A stretch of DNA of 64,000 bases, taken from NCBI GenBank assembly GCA_965228735.1, contig OZ245838.1:5600001-5664000 (forward strand), read 5' to 3'. Made by a program: the position numbers and the translations under genes. Positions within the stretch are counted from its first letter, which is position 1; each line of letters opens with the position of its first letter. The notes below the pieces were generated by a model, which was not told where the DNA came from, made no database searches, and was given only the letters and a program-made list of their open reading frames with translations. Below are positions 36,585-45,728 of the stretch, piece by piece. The stretch comes from Planctomycetota bacterium (GTDB lineage: Bacteria > Planctomycetota > UBA1135 > UBA2386).

Positions 36585-37100
36585 CTATTCGGCCGACAGG
36601 CGCTGGTAGAGCCACGCGCGGGCGAACGCCCACTCGCGTCGGACCGTCCGCTCCGAGATGTTCATCGTCGAAGCCGTCGCGACCTCGTCGAGGCCGGCGA
36701 AGAACCGCAGGCGCACGATCTCGGCCGCGCGCGCGTTGACGTCGGCGAGCGCCTGGATCGCCTCGTCGATCGCCATGACCTCGCCGAGGTCCGCCGTCGC
36801 GGCGACCTCGGCCACGTCGAGGGACAGTCGGTTGAGGTCAGGGCCGCCGCGCTTCTTCGCGCCGCGTTTCCTGGCGTGGTCGATGAGGATGCGCCGCATC
36901 GCCTCCGCGGCCATGCCGAAGAAGCGCCCTGGATCCTCGCGCACGCCTTCGAGCCGGTCGCGCATCGCCAGCCAGGCCTCGTTGACGAGAGCCGTCGCCT
37001 GCAGCGTGTGATCGCCGCGCTCACCGGCCATCTGGCGGCGGGCCAGGGCGCGCAACTTGTCGTGCACCTCGGAGAGTTGGGATCGTTCGGTCTCGCTCAC
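36585..37100 (-). CDS. ECF-type sigma factor of the kinase-associated planctomycete/ECF43-like type
   Basis: LR.LA...M.GER..HTLQATALV.EAW, FF..AAEAMRRILIDHAR...A.KRGG and LRFFAGL......R.W.FARAWL. Confidence 0.92.
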   Translation of the reverse strand: MSETERSQLSEVHDKLRALARRQMAGERGDHTLQATALVNEAWLAMRDRLEGVREDPGRFFGMAAEAMRRILIDHARKRGAKKRGGPDLNRLSLDVAEVAATADLGEVMAIDEAIQALADVNARAAEIVRLRFFAGLDEVATASTMNISERTVRREWAFARAWLYQRLSAE

Positions 37101-37210
37101 GTGTTCTTGCCCTCGTTCACTGCCATCGTCGCCTCGATGCGCGATGGCAGCAGGGTAGGCGCAGGGTCGGCCCGCGCCCGGCCATGGTTTTCGCGGGTGT
37201 GTCGGCCGTG

Positions 37211-37260
37211 ACTCAGAATATCCTAATTAGTCTTCGATACGCTACTTAACAGTATCGACC
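37211..37260. promoter_or_regulatory. AT-rich patch with inverted repeat TCGATAC-N11-GTATCGA
   Basis: 19 of 50 bases are G or C in a ~70% GC context. Arms at 37234-37240 and 37252-37258, upstream of the ECF and mddA genes. Confidence 0.45.
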
Positions 37261-37323
37261 ACGGCTTCGAGGCAGGCCGACGTCGAGCGCGCGGGCGCCG
37301 GGTTCGAGCGCCATGCGGCGCAC

Positions 37324-39618
37324 TCAGCGGCGCGCCTGCACGCGCAGGCCGCGGGTCGTGCGCATGCCGGTCGGGTTGACGCCCGGCTCGAGCAGCGCCC
37401 ACTGGAAGTGCAGATCGGCCGGCGGCAGGAAGCCCGGGATCGGCAGATCCATCGCGGCACGGCCGACGACGCTCGTCACGAAGAACGCGGTGGCGAGGTG
37501 CATCGGCGGGTTCACGTCGACGAGCAGCGTGCATCCCGGCATGCCGAACGGCTGCAGCGAGGTCGACGCGCCGCCGAGCGACGCGACGAGGAACGCGCTC
37601 GTGTAGGCCGGCGCCTGCGCGACCTGGACGCGGCCGAACTCGAAGCCGAGCGCGTGGTCCCCGAACCAGCTGATGTTGGCCGTCGGGTGGCACGCGGTGC
37701 CGTAGATCGACGTCGACATCTGCTCGTAGGTGACGTAGTTGCCCATGAGCAGGTTGGTCGACGTGTTGTTGTCGACGTGGAACGCGACGGCGAAGCGTTC
37801 GTTGTCCTCGTCGTACGACACGCCGCCCGGAATCGGCTGGAAGCCCGGCACGTCGTAGAGCACGACGTGCTCCGTCCAATTGCCGTCGTAGCCGACCTTG
37901 CTCATGAGCAGCTTCTCGGAGCCCGCGTTGGTCGTCGCGTACGTCGTGACCCAGTGCGAGCGCGACTCGAGGTCGTAGGCGACGCTGCCCGGGATCTGAC
38001 CCGCGAGCGTGCCGCCGTAGAGGCTCCGCGACGGCGCCGGGAAGCTCGCGTGGACCGCGTTGTGCGGCCAGTCGATCCGCCGCGCGCGGATGTACGTGGA
38101 CCGGATGCCGGTCGGCTTGTTCAAGGGGCTCTGGTTGTGACCGTAGGTCACGAGGTAGCGCCCATCGGCGCCGGCCACGTCGGGCCCGACCTCGTGGAGG
38201 TTGCTGTTGTCGATGTGGCGGGCGTAGCTGAAGCCGCCGAACGCGCCCGGCGTGCGCTGCACGATGACGTTCCACTTGCCGGTGCTCGAGTTGTCGTGCT
38301 GCTGCCAGACGACGACCCACGAGAACTGGACGCCGCCCTCGGAGGTCTGGTTGACCGCCGGCCGTTCTTCGTCGGGGCTGACGGCGCCGAAGCCGAAGAC
38401 CGAACCGACGGGCGCGCCGTTGGAGCTGATCGCGGTGTCGATCTTGAGGCCGACGACCTGGCTGTGTGCCGTCTCCTGGAACGGCGCGGCCGGCTCACGC
38501 TGGAAAACGAGCAGCGCGACCGTGCCGGGCACCGACGACCTCGTGCCGCCGACGTCCGGACGCCAGTCACTCGTCCCCGCCTGGTAGGGCACCGAGCTCA
38601 CGCCGGTGCGCAGCGACAGGTCACTCTTGCCGTGGGTGTGCCAGCGCACGCGGCGGTCACCGCTCGCGAAATCGCGCTCGAAGACGGTGATCGTCTTGCC
38701 GGCACCGCTGCCGCCGACGCCCGCGATCTGGCCGTGCTGCGAGTTCCACGATGACGTGAGATCGTTGAAGACGGGGACACCGAGGCCGCTGAAGCCGTCG
38801 TCGTAGCGCACGCCGAAGATATCGATGTCGCTCGCCGACGCCGCGCTCGAGTAGATGACCCACACGTTGCGGGTGATCTGCTCGCCGTCGCGGTAGATGT
38901 CGACGTCCTGCGCGATCGGCACCAGCTCCAGGAGCTCGTTGCTCAGGACCGGGTCGACGACGATCGGGAACGTCGCCTGCTCGAGCCACTGGCCCGGGAG
39001 CCGCAGCTCGATCTGGCCGTTCTCGACGGCCGTCGTCATCTCGGCCACGTCGCCATTGCCGTCGATCGCGATGGCGTGGCCGTAGGTCACGGTCGCCACA
39101 CCCGCGTCGTCGAAGAACGTCACCGGACCGTGGGCGGCGCTGCGGTTCGTCGTCGTGAGATTGCCGCCGATCGAGCCACGAACGACGAGGTCGCCGGCGA
39201 TCGTCGGGCGGTCCGCGATCACGAACGTCTGGTGCAGGCCCTCCGCGAGCACGTCGTAGGCCTCGATGACGCCGCCGAGATCGTACTCGTAACGGAAGTC
39301 ACCGGCCCGGCGTGCGTGCGAACGACCGTTCGTGAGCTCGGTGCCGCCGACGCGGACGGCGGTCGTGCGCCAAGACAGTTCGCGGTTGGTCGCGACGTCC
39401 ATGCCGGCGTAGGGCACGAACGTCATGCCGCCGTGGAACGAGGCCTTGTAGTTCTTGCCGGCGGCCCAGGTGCCGTATGCGCCGCCGACCGGGTCGGCGT
39501 CCGAGGTGTGGATCGGCACGCGCAGCTCGGAGCGGTCGAAGTTCTGGGCGGCGAGGCCGGTCGACAACGCGCCGGCGAGCGCCATGCAAGTGAGAGCGGA
39601 GGAGACGGAGAGATTCAT
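37324..39618 (-). CDS. Large secreted protein with the shared C-terminal domain
   Basis: Signal peptide (LAAQ), V.E.Y.V...G..Q.F, FPIVVDP and beta-propeller-like P.V repeats. C-terminal YGTAC...FGMPGC...FQW. Confidence 0.87.
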   Translation of the reverse strand: MNLSVSSALTCMALAGALSTGLAAQNFDRSELRVPIHTSDADPVGGAYGTWAAGKNYKASFHGGMTFVPYAGMDVATNRELSWRTTAVRVGGTELTNGRSHARRAGDFRYEYDLGGVIEAYDVLAEGLHQTFVIADRPTIAGDLVVRGSIGGNLTTTNRSAAHGPVTFFDDAGVATVTYGHAIAIDGNGDVAEMTTAVENGQIELRLPGQWLEQATFPIVVDPVLSNELLELVPIAQDVDIYRDGEQITRNVWVIYSSAASASDIDIFGVRYDDGFSGLGVPVFNDLTSSWNSQHGQIAGVGGSGAGKTITVFERDFASGDRRVRWHTHGKSDLSLRTGVSSVPYQAGTSDWRPDVGGTRSSVPGTVALLVFQREPAAPFQETAHSQVVGLKIDTAISSNGAPVGSVFGFGAVSPDEERPAVNQTSEGGVQFSWVVVWQQHDNSSTGKWNVIVQRTPGAFGGFSYARHIDNSNLHEVGPDVAGADGRYLVTYGHNQSPLNKPTGIRSTYIRARRIDWPHNAVHASFPAPSRSLYGGTLAGQIPGSVAYDLESRSHWVTTYATTNAGSEKLLMSKVGYDGNWTEHVVLYDVPGFQPIPGGVSYDEDNERFAVAFHVDNNTSTNLLMGNYVTYEQMSTSIYGTACHPTANISWFGDHALGFEFGRVQVAQAPAYTSAFLVASLGGASTSLQPFGMPGCTLLVDVNPPMHLATAFFVTSVVGRAAMDLPIPGFLPPADLHFQWALLEPGVNPTGMRTTRGLRVQARR

Positions 39619-39841
39619 GACAGTGTTCTGCAGTGGGGATCTGGTCCAAGAGGAACGACCCGGCGCGGTGTGCACACGCGGCAGCGGCACGGGTCGCTCG
39701 CAGAGGCGCATTGCGCGATCCCGGCCGGACAGGTTGCTCGGGAATCCGGGTTGGCGTCGCGATTTCGTTGGCCGGCGCACCGCCCGCAACGCGCCTCTCC
39801 GAGGCAGTTCCCTTTCCAGGTCATTGCCCGAACCGGCCGTC

Positions 39842-41209
39842 ATGATGCGACTCTCCGCCGTTCTCTCCGTTCTCGTCCTCGCCGCCTCGCCGGCCGTCGC
39901 GCAGGAGTGGCGTCTCGAAACGCCCGTTGCGTCCCCGATCGACCGCGCGTCGCACAGCGTCGTCTGTGATGCGGCGCGCGACCGCCTCGTCATGTTCGGC
40001 GGCTACAACTGGAACCTCGACGTGCACTACGACGAGACGTGGGAGTACGACGGTGCGACGTGGGCACAGCGGCACCCTCTGAGCGCGCCGGCCCCGCGCA
40101 AGCGCGCCGGCATGTGCTACGACTCCCGGCGCGGGGTCGTCGCCCTCTTCGGCGGCCTGCGCGACAGCTTCTGGGGGCCGACGACCTGGTTCGGTGACAC
40201 GTGGGAGTACGACGGAACGAACTGGACGCAGGTCCCGGTCTCGGGTCCCGTGCCCTCGGCGCGCTACTGCGATCTGACGTTCGACTCGGCCCGCGGTGTC
40301 GCGGTCCTCGTCGGTGGCACCGGCCCGACCGGTCGTCAGTCCGACACGTGGGAGTTCGATGGGACGACGTGGACGCAGCGCCACACGCCGACGACGTTGC
40401 CGCTGCGGCCGAGCTGGGCGACCGCGTTCGATGCGCGCCGCGGCGTGGTCGTCGCGCACCCCGAGTACGTCTACGGCAATCTCGGTGCGTGGGAGACGTG
40501 GGAGTACGACGGCACCGACTGGTCGCTCGCGACGTTCACGCTGTCGCCGGGCGCGTGCCCGTCGCCGGCCATGACGTTCGATGCGCAGCGCGGCAAGGTC
40601 GTGCTCGTCGGCGGTGCCTTCGCCGGCGTGCCCGACACCTGGGAATACGATGGCGTCGATTGGCAGCGCAGCGGGGTGAATCAGCTGACGGATGGCCTGA
40701 CGGGGCAAGCCCTCGCGTTCGACGCGGGCACCGGCAGTGTCGTGCTCTTCGGCGGCGAGAAGATCCAGGGGATCTTCGTCGTCGGCACCAACGAGACGTT
40801 CCGCTACGGGACGTTCGCGGGGTTCGACGTGATCGGCACGAGCTGCGGTCCGAACCGGCCGGCGCCGTTGCCGGCTCTCGCGGCGCCGAACGAGACGCCG
40901 CAACTCGGGGGCACGTTCGACGCCGTCGTTGACGATCTCATGTCCGCGGACCTGCCGGTCCTCGTCCTCGGTTTCGCGACCGCGAACAACGGGCTCGCCA
41001 ACCTCGGTCTGCCGGGTTGCACGCAGCACGTGCGCGTCGATGCGACGCACTTCCTGGCATCGCAAGGAAACAGCGCATCGTGGCAGCTCACGGTGCCGGC
41101 GCAGCCGGTGCTGCAGGGGGTGCAGCTGTTCGCGCAGGTGCTCGTGCTCGACGGCAACGCGCAGCCCGCCGCCGTCACCAACGGCGCGCGCTTGACGATC
41201 GGGCTGTAG
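39842..41209 (+). CDS. Secreted Kelch-like beta-propeller protein with the shared C-terminal domain
   Basis: Signal peptide and five to six D..R..V.FGG...DTWEYDG..W repeats. Confidence 0.9.
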   Translation: MMRLSAVLSVLVLAASPAVAQEWRLETPVASPIDRASHSVVCDAARDRLVMFGGYNWNLDVHYDETWEYDGATWAQRHPLSAPAPRKRAGMCYDSRRGVVALFGGLRDSFWGPTTWFGDTWEYDGTNWTQVPVSGPVPSARYCDLTFDSARGVAVLVGGTGPTGRQSDTWEFDGTTWTQRHTPTTLPLRPSWATAFDARRGVVVAHPEYVYGNLGAWETWEYDGTDWSLATFTLSPGACPSPAMTFDAQRGKVVLVGGAFAGVPDTWEYDGVDWQRSGVNQLTDGLTGQALAFDAGTGSVVLFGGEKIQGIFVVGTNETFRYGTFAGFDVIGTSCGPNRPAPLPALAAPNETPQLGGTFDAVVDDLMSADLPVLVLGFATANNGLANLGLPGCTQHVRVDATHFLASQGNSASWQLTVPAQPVLQGVQLFAQVLVLDGNAQPAAVTNGARLTIGL

Positions 41210-41214
41210 CCGAC

Positions 41215-43158
41215 CTACGGCTCGTTGCGGTTCACGAACAGGAAGTTGCCGAGCACGCCGCCGGTCCAGCCGAACAGGATGCTGGCACCGTCGGCGATGA
41301 TCTGCGGCGATGACTGCGAGTTCGTTCCGCTGCCGACGTTGACCGGCGTCGAGAACGTCTGGCCGGTGTCGGTCGAGACGACGTGCACGATGCGCCCCGC
41401 GTTGCTCGGCAGGTCGCCGCTCCGCCAGCCGGCGAACACGTAGCTGCCGTCGTGGTGGATCGTCGTGGTCCCCGCGACCGTCATGGTCGTGTCGTCGACC
41501 TGCGTCCGGGTCGGCAGCGAACCGGTCGCGGTGACGGCGGCGACCCAGACCGAATTGCCGTTCACGACGTAGGCCGCGAAGATCCGTTGCTCGTCACACG
41601 CGATCGACGGTGAGGTGACCGCGCCACCGCTGGCGTCCTGCAGCGTGATCGCCGGTGCCCAGCCCCCGCCGCCGTCCGTCGACGCGGCGTAGCGCAGCTG
41701 ACCGCCCTGCAGCCAGGCAGCGTGCACGTTGCGCCCGTCGCCGCCGCTCTGGAGCATCGGATCCTGCACCGCGACGCCGGGCGAGCTGCGCAGTCCGGGC
41801 ATGCTCCAGGTGACGCCCGCGTCCGTCGAACGCGCCGTGTAGGTGCCGAAGATGCCCGCGCCCTGACGGTCGTCGGTGAACGCGACCCACACGACCGCGC
41901 CCTCGCAGTCGATCGCTGGCGCGGACTGCTGCCCGCTGCCCGCGCCGCCGTCGACCGTCACCGGTGCGGCCCACGTCGCGCCGGCATCCGTCGAGCCCGC
42001 GACCGCGATCCTGCCCTGGGCGAGGCCGACGTCGCCGGCGCGCCATGCCGCGTAACGGCGATCGGCGCTCGCACTGATCTGCAGTTGCGCGGCGGGCGTG
42101 GCGCCCGCGGTCGGGTTGACGACGACCGCGGGGTCGAACGAACTGCCACCGTCACTGCTGCTGCGCGACTGCACCGACGTCCCGTCGCCGAGCCAGACGA
42201 CGGTCACGTTCGTGCCGGTCACGGCAACACGCGGTTCCGTCGGCGTCTCGGCGCCGCTCAGCGTCAGCGGCGCGCTCCAGGTAACACCCGCATCCGCGGA
42301 GCCGCGGTGGATGACCGCGCCGCCCTCGAGGAACACCGCGTGGATCGCCGAGCCGTCGCGCGCCAGGTGCAGCGCGGAGCCCGTCGCGGTGTCGAGCGGT
42401 GTGTCGCTGGTCTGGAAGATCGGCGGATTGCGATACGCGGTGAATTCCGAGCTCGGCAGAGCCGCGGTGCCGAACTGGTTCGCCGCCGTGATCGCGATCG
42501 GCCCAGCGGTGAGCCCAGTCGGGGTCTGGGTCGCGATGGTCGTGTCGTTCACGATCGTCGTGAACTGACCGAGCGTCCCCGCGAACCGAACGGTCGTCGC
42601 GGCCTGGCCGCCGAGCGAGAACGCGGTGCCCGAGATGGTGACGGGCTGCGACGCGTTGACGAACGCGCTGCTCGGTGTGACGCCCGTCAGCGTCGGCGTG
42701 CCGCTGCGCACGATGAGCAGGTCGACCGCGGACGCGTTCCCGGACGTGTCCTCGACGACGAGCACGATCGCGAGGCTCGCGGGTGCGGTCACGGTCGCGA
42801 AGTCGAGCTGGAACGTCGTGCCGATCGTCGGCCCGGGCGCCGTCATGCCGACCGACGCGGCAGTGCTGCCGGCACCGAGGATCGACCAGGACAGCGTGTC
42901 GCCCTCGGGGTCGCTGGCCGTGAACAGCAGGGAATCCGTGCCGGTCGTCGCCAGCGTCAGCGTGAAGCTCGCGCCGGTGCCGGCGAGCCCGATCGGCGGC
43001 GCGAGCGTCGGCGCCTGGTTGACTTCGGGCTCCGGGTCGCCGCCAGAACTGCTGCCGCCGCAGGCAGAAAGGGCCAACAGGGCCACCAGGCCGGCGACGA
43101 GTGGGGCCAGCCGGGCCGGTGCCGCCGGGGACGAGAGCGGGCAATACGCGCGAGACAT
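41215..43158 (-). CDS. Lipoprotein with Ig-like, IPT/TIG and Asp-box (BNR/sialidase-like) repeats
   Basis: Lipobox LSAC, NQAP, ASDPEGD, PT.T.VTP and repeated S.D.G.TW. Confidence 0.87.
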   Translation of the reverse strand: MSRAYCPLSSPAAPARLAPLVAGLVALLALSACGGSSSGGDPEPEVNQAPTLAPPIGLAGTGASFTLTLATTGTDSLLFTASDPEGDTLSWSILGAGSTAASVGMTAPGPTIGTTFQLDFATVTAPASLAIVLVVEDTSGNASAVDLLIVRSGTPTLTGVTPSSAFVNASQPVTISGTAFSLGGQAATTVRFAGTLGQFTTIVNDTTIATQTPTGLTAGPIAITAANQFGTAALPSSEFTAYRNPPIFQTSDTPLDTATGSALHLARDGSAIHAVFLEGGAVIHRGSADAGVTWSAPLTLSGAETPTEPRVAVTGTNVTVVWLGDGTSVQSRSSSDGGSSFDPAVVVNPTAGATPAAQLQISASADRRYAAWRAGDVGLAQGRIAVAGSTDAGATWAAPVTVDGGAGSGQQSAPAIDCEGAVVWVAFTDDRQGAGIFGTYTARSTDAGVTWSMPGLRSSPGVAVQDPMLQSGGDGRNVHAAWLQGGQLRYAASTDGGGGWAPAITLQDASGGAVTSPSIACDEQRIFAAYVVNGNSVWVAAVTATGSLPTRTQVDDTTMTVAGTTTIHHDGSYVFAGWRSGDLPSNAGRIVHVVSTDTGQTFSTPVNVGSGTNSQSSPQIIADGASILFGWTGGVLGNFLFVNRNEP

Positions 43159-43330
43159 CGGGGGCATGATAGCTCCGATCGGGCTGAGCGTTACCGCTCG
43201 ATGCGAACGGCCCGGCCGGTTTCGCGGATCGGCCATGGCACGGACCGGCCGGGCTCACCGCGCCCTGGCCGAGGGTTTTTGGAGATCCCCGCTGCGGGTT
43301 GCGCGCCGGTCTCGCGCATCGGCTGGCGAG

Positions 43331-44962
43331 ATGCAGACCAAAGATCGTAGTTCATGTTCTTCCCGCTGTCGGACCATCGCAGCGGTCCTCGGCGGCCTGG
43401 CCCTTGCCGCGTGCAGCGGCGGGGGCGGTGGCAGCGGCGGGGGCCCGGTCGGCCCCGGTCCGGGTCCTGGTCCGGGCGGCCGCACCGCCCAAACTGCGGT
43501 CTACCTCGCCGAGGACGGCCTGCGCGTGATGGCCGCGCCCGACGACGCCGGGCAGACGCCGGTCGCCCTCGGCGCGCCCGCGATGACGCGAGTCCGCCAG
43601 TTCACCGTGTCGCCCGACGGCGGTGCCGTCGCGTGGATCGCCGACGGTGACATGGTCGATCAGTACGACCTCTATGTGAGCGAGATCAGCAATCCGGCGG
43701 CGATCCGTGTGTCGATGCTGAGTTTCCCGGTGAACGACGTCGAGGACTTCCAGTGGGCGCCCGACAGCCAGAGCCTCGCGTTCCGCGCCGACGACATCAT
43801 CGACGATCGCTTCGACCTGTTCCGCGTGAACCGCGACGGCTCGGACCACTACCGCGTGTATCAGTCCGGCAGCGCGACGATCTTCGTCAAGAGCTACGGC
43901 TTCTCGCCGGACAGTGCTCACCTCTTCTGCACGATGCAGCAGACGCTGACGGAGTTCGAACTGCGGCTGCACCGCACGTCGACCGGCGGCGAAGGCGCGA
44001 CGTCGGTGCTGTTCGTCCAGCCCGGGCGCGAGATCCTCGATGTGACGTTCTCGCCCGACAGTCAGTGGATCACGATGCGCGCCGATCACCAGCGTGGCAA
44101 CGAACAGTTCCAGGTCTATCGCCGCCGGACGGACTTCACGACGGCGCTCCTGCTGTCGAACGGCAGCGTCGGTTCGTCGCAGAAGATCGAGAGCTACGCG
44201 TGGTCGCCCGACAGCCGCTGGCTGGCGCAGGAAGTGCGCGGTTATCCCAACAGCTCGGCGATCGGGGTCAACACGTACGACCTGTTCTCGAGCACGAGCC
44301 GGCGCGTCGCGAGCACGAGTGCGCTCGGCGACTTCGCCTGGGCGCCGGCCGCCGGCGGTAACAGGCTCGCGTTCGTCGCCGGCTACAACCCCGCGACCAA
44401 CTCGCCGGCCGGCACGGAGTACCTGCTCGTCCACGATCCCGTCGCCGACACGCTGACGATCGAGAACGCGGCGTTCAACAGCAGCGAGGAGATCCGGCGC
44501 GAACCGTTCGCATGGTCGCCCGACGGCACGCGCATCGCCTACGTGACGCGCGAGACGTTCAACGTCGAGAACACCTACATCGTCGAGGTCGGCGCCGGGC
44601 AGCCGGCGACGATGGCGATGGACCTGGCTCGGCTCGGCGTGCTGAGCCTCACGTGGTCGCCCGACGGCGAACGCCTGGCGGTGCTCGAACACGACAACAC
44701 GACCGCGTTCCACCCGGCCGAGTGGCACCTCGTCGACCGCATGGGCCGCTCGGTCTTCCGGTCGGGCTCGTTCAACAGCTACTTCACGAGCCAGTCGATC
44801 CGGTGGTCGACGGACAGCCAGCGCGCGGTCTACGCGGTGGACGCCGCGCAGGCCGGCCCAGATCGCCTGCGCAGCGTCGTCGCCGACGGCTCGGACGACG
44901 TGAGCCTCGCGAACGAAGCGACACTCGCATTCGACTACGCGAGCGCGGCGCTGCCGCGGTAG
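43331..44962 (+). CDS. Lipoprotein with PD40/WD40-like (TolB-like) propeller repeats
   Basis: Lipobox LAAC, Gly/Pro linker and many WSPDG/WAPDS repeats. The start is uncertain. Confidence 0.87.
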   Translation: MQTKDRSSCSSRCRTIAAVLGGLALAACSGGGGGSGGGPVGPGPGPGPGGRTAQTAVYLAEDGLRVMAAPDDAGQTPVALGAPAMTRVRQFTVSPDGGAVAWIADGDMVDQYDLYVSEISNPAAIRVSMLSFPVNDVEDFQWAPDSQSLAFRADDIIDDRFDLFRVNRDGSDHYRVYQSGSATIFVKSYGFSPDSAHLFCTMQQTLTEFELRLHRTSTGGEGATSVLFVQPGREILDVTFSPDSQWITMRADHQRGNEQFQVYRRRTDFTTALLLSNGSVGSSQKIESYAWSPDSRWLAQEVRGYPNSSAIGVNTYDLFSSTSRRVASTSALGDFAWAPAAGGNRLAFVAGYNPATNSPAGTEYLLVHDPVADTLTIENAAFNSSEEIRREPFAWSPDGTRIAYVTRETFNVENTYIVEVGAGQPATMAMDLARLGVLSLTWSPDGERLAVLEHDNTTAFHPAEWHLVDRMGRSVFRSGSFNSYFTSQSIRWSTDSQRAVYAVDAAQAGPDRLRSVVADGSDDVSLANEATLAFDYASAALPR

Positions 44963-44988
44963 CCGCGGCGGCGCCCGTCGGCGGTCGG

Positions 44989-45336
44989 CTACTCCTCGTT
45001 CAGTCCTTCGAGGGTCGATGGCAGGTCGTGGGGCCGCGGTCGCTGCGCCGCCCCCCGCATGCCGATTATCCTGACCTTGCGGCGATCGTCGTCGATCGAG
45101 AACAGCAGGAGCTGGCTGCCCACCGCGAGTTCGCGAACCTCGTAGGCCCGATAGTTGTCTTCCGCAGCGAGGCGCGCTCGTCGGGGGAACCGTTCGAGAG
45201 AATGGAACGCGCGCCACACGCTTTCGAGCCAGCGCTCGGCATTGCGCGGCTGCTGCTGCTCGATCGCGATGTAGCGCGCCTGCTCGGCGATCGCCGCTCG
45301 CGCACTGGCGGTCAGCTCGACCGCGTATTCGCTCAT
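44989..45336 (-). CDS. Type II toxin, RelE/ParE family
   Basis: Y.V.LT.SA...I.....YIA....P.NA.RW.......SL..FP.R and V.II. Coupled to the antitoxin by ATGA. Confidence 0.88.
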   Translation of the reverse strand: MSEYAVELTASARAAIAEQARYIAIEQQQPRNAERWLESVWRAFHSLERFPRRARLAAEDNYRAYEVRELAVGSQLLLFSIDDDRRKVRIIGMRGAAQRPRPHDLPSTLEGLNEE

Positions 45337-45626
45337 CGTTTGAGTTTCAGGCCGAGTTCGTCGGCGATCTCGCGCAGCGCTGCCTTGGCCGGTTGCGTCC
45401 GGCCCTCCTGGATGTCCTTCATGCTGCGATCGAGGAGCGCCAGGCTGTCGAGGAGCTCGGCTTTGTCGGCGAGTGCGTCGTAGGCTTCCGGGCTCATGAC
45501 CACGGCATCCGTTTCGCCGTTCGTAGTGATGTAGAGCGGGCGGCCGGTCTCCCTGACCTGTTCGAAGTGATCGCGCAGGTGTTGGCGGTGTTCCGTGAAG
45601 CTGGTGATATCGGTGCTGCGGGCCAT
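45333..45626 (-). CDS. Type II antitoxin, Phd/YefM family
   Basis: I.SFTE.R..L......V.ETGRP.YIT.NG...AVVMS.E.Y. Confidence 0.9.
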   Translation of the reverse strand: MARSTDITSFTEHRQHLRDHFEQVRETGRPLYITTNGETDAVVMSPEAYDALADKAELLDSLALLDRSMKDIQEGRTQPAKAALREIADELGLKLKR

Positions 45627-45645
45627 GTGTGGCTCTTCGGCTCTA

Positions 45646-45667
45646 TGTACAGGATTCTGTACAGAAT
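45646..45667. promoter_or_regulatory. YefM-type operator (short and long TGTACA palindromes)
   Basis: TGTACA at 45646-45651 and 45658-45663, 12 bp apart. The second lies inside the perfect palindrome ATTCTGTACAGAAT (45654-45667). Confidence 0.8.
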
Positions 45668-45728
45668 GTCGCAAGCTTCTCGAGATGTCAAGAAGCGGCT
45701 GGTTCGCGTGCTGTGCGAACGACCGAAC

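Noticed and set aside
37211..37260. Possible dif (XerCD) site
   Set aside because: Only a partial XerD-like arm (TACTGTTAAGT on the minus strand), with no XerC arm at 6-bp spacing.
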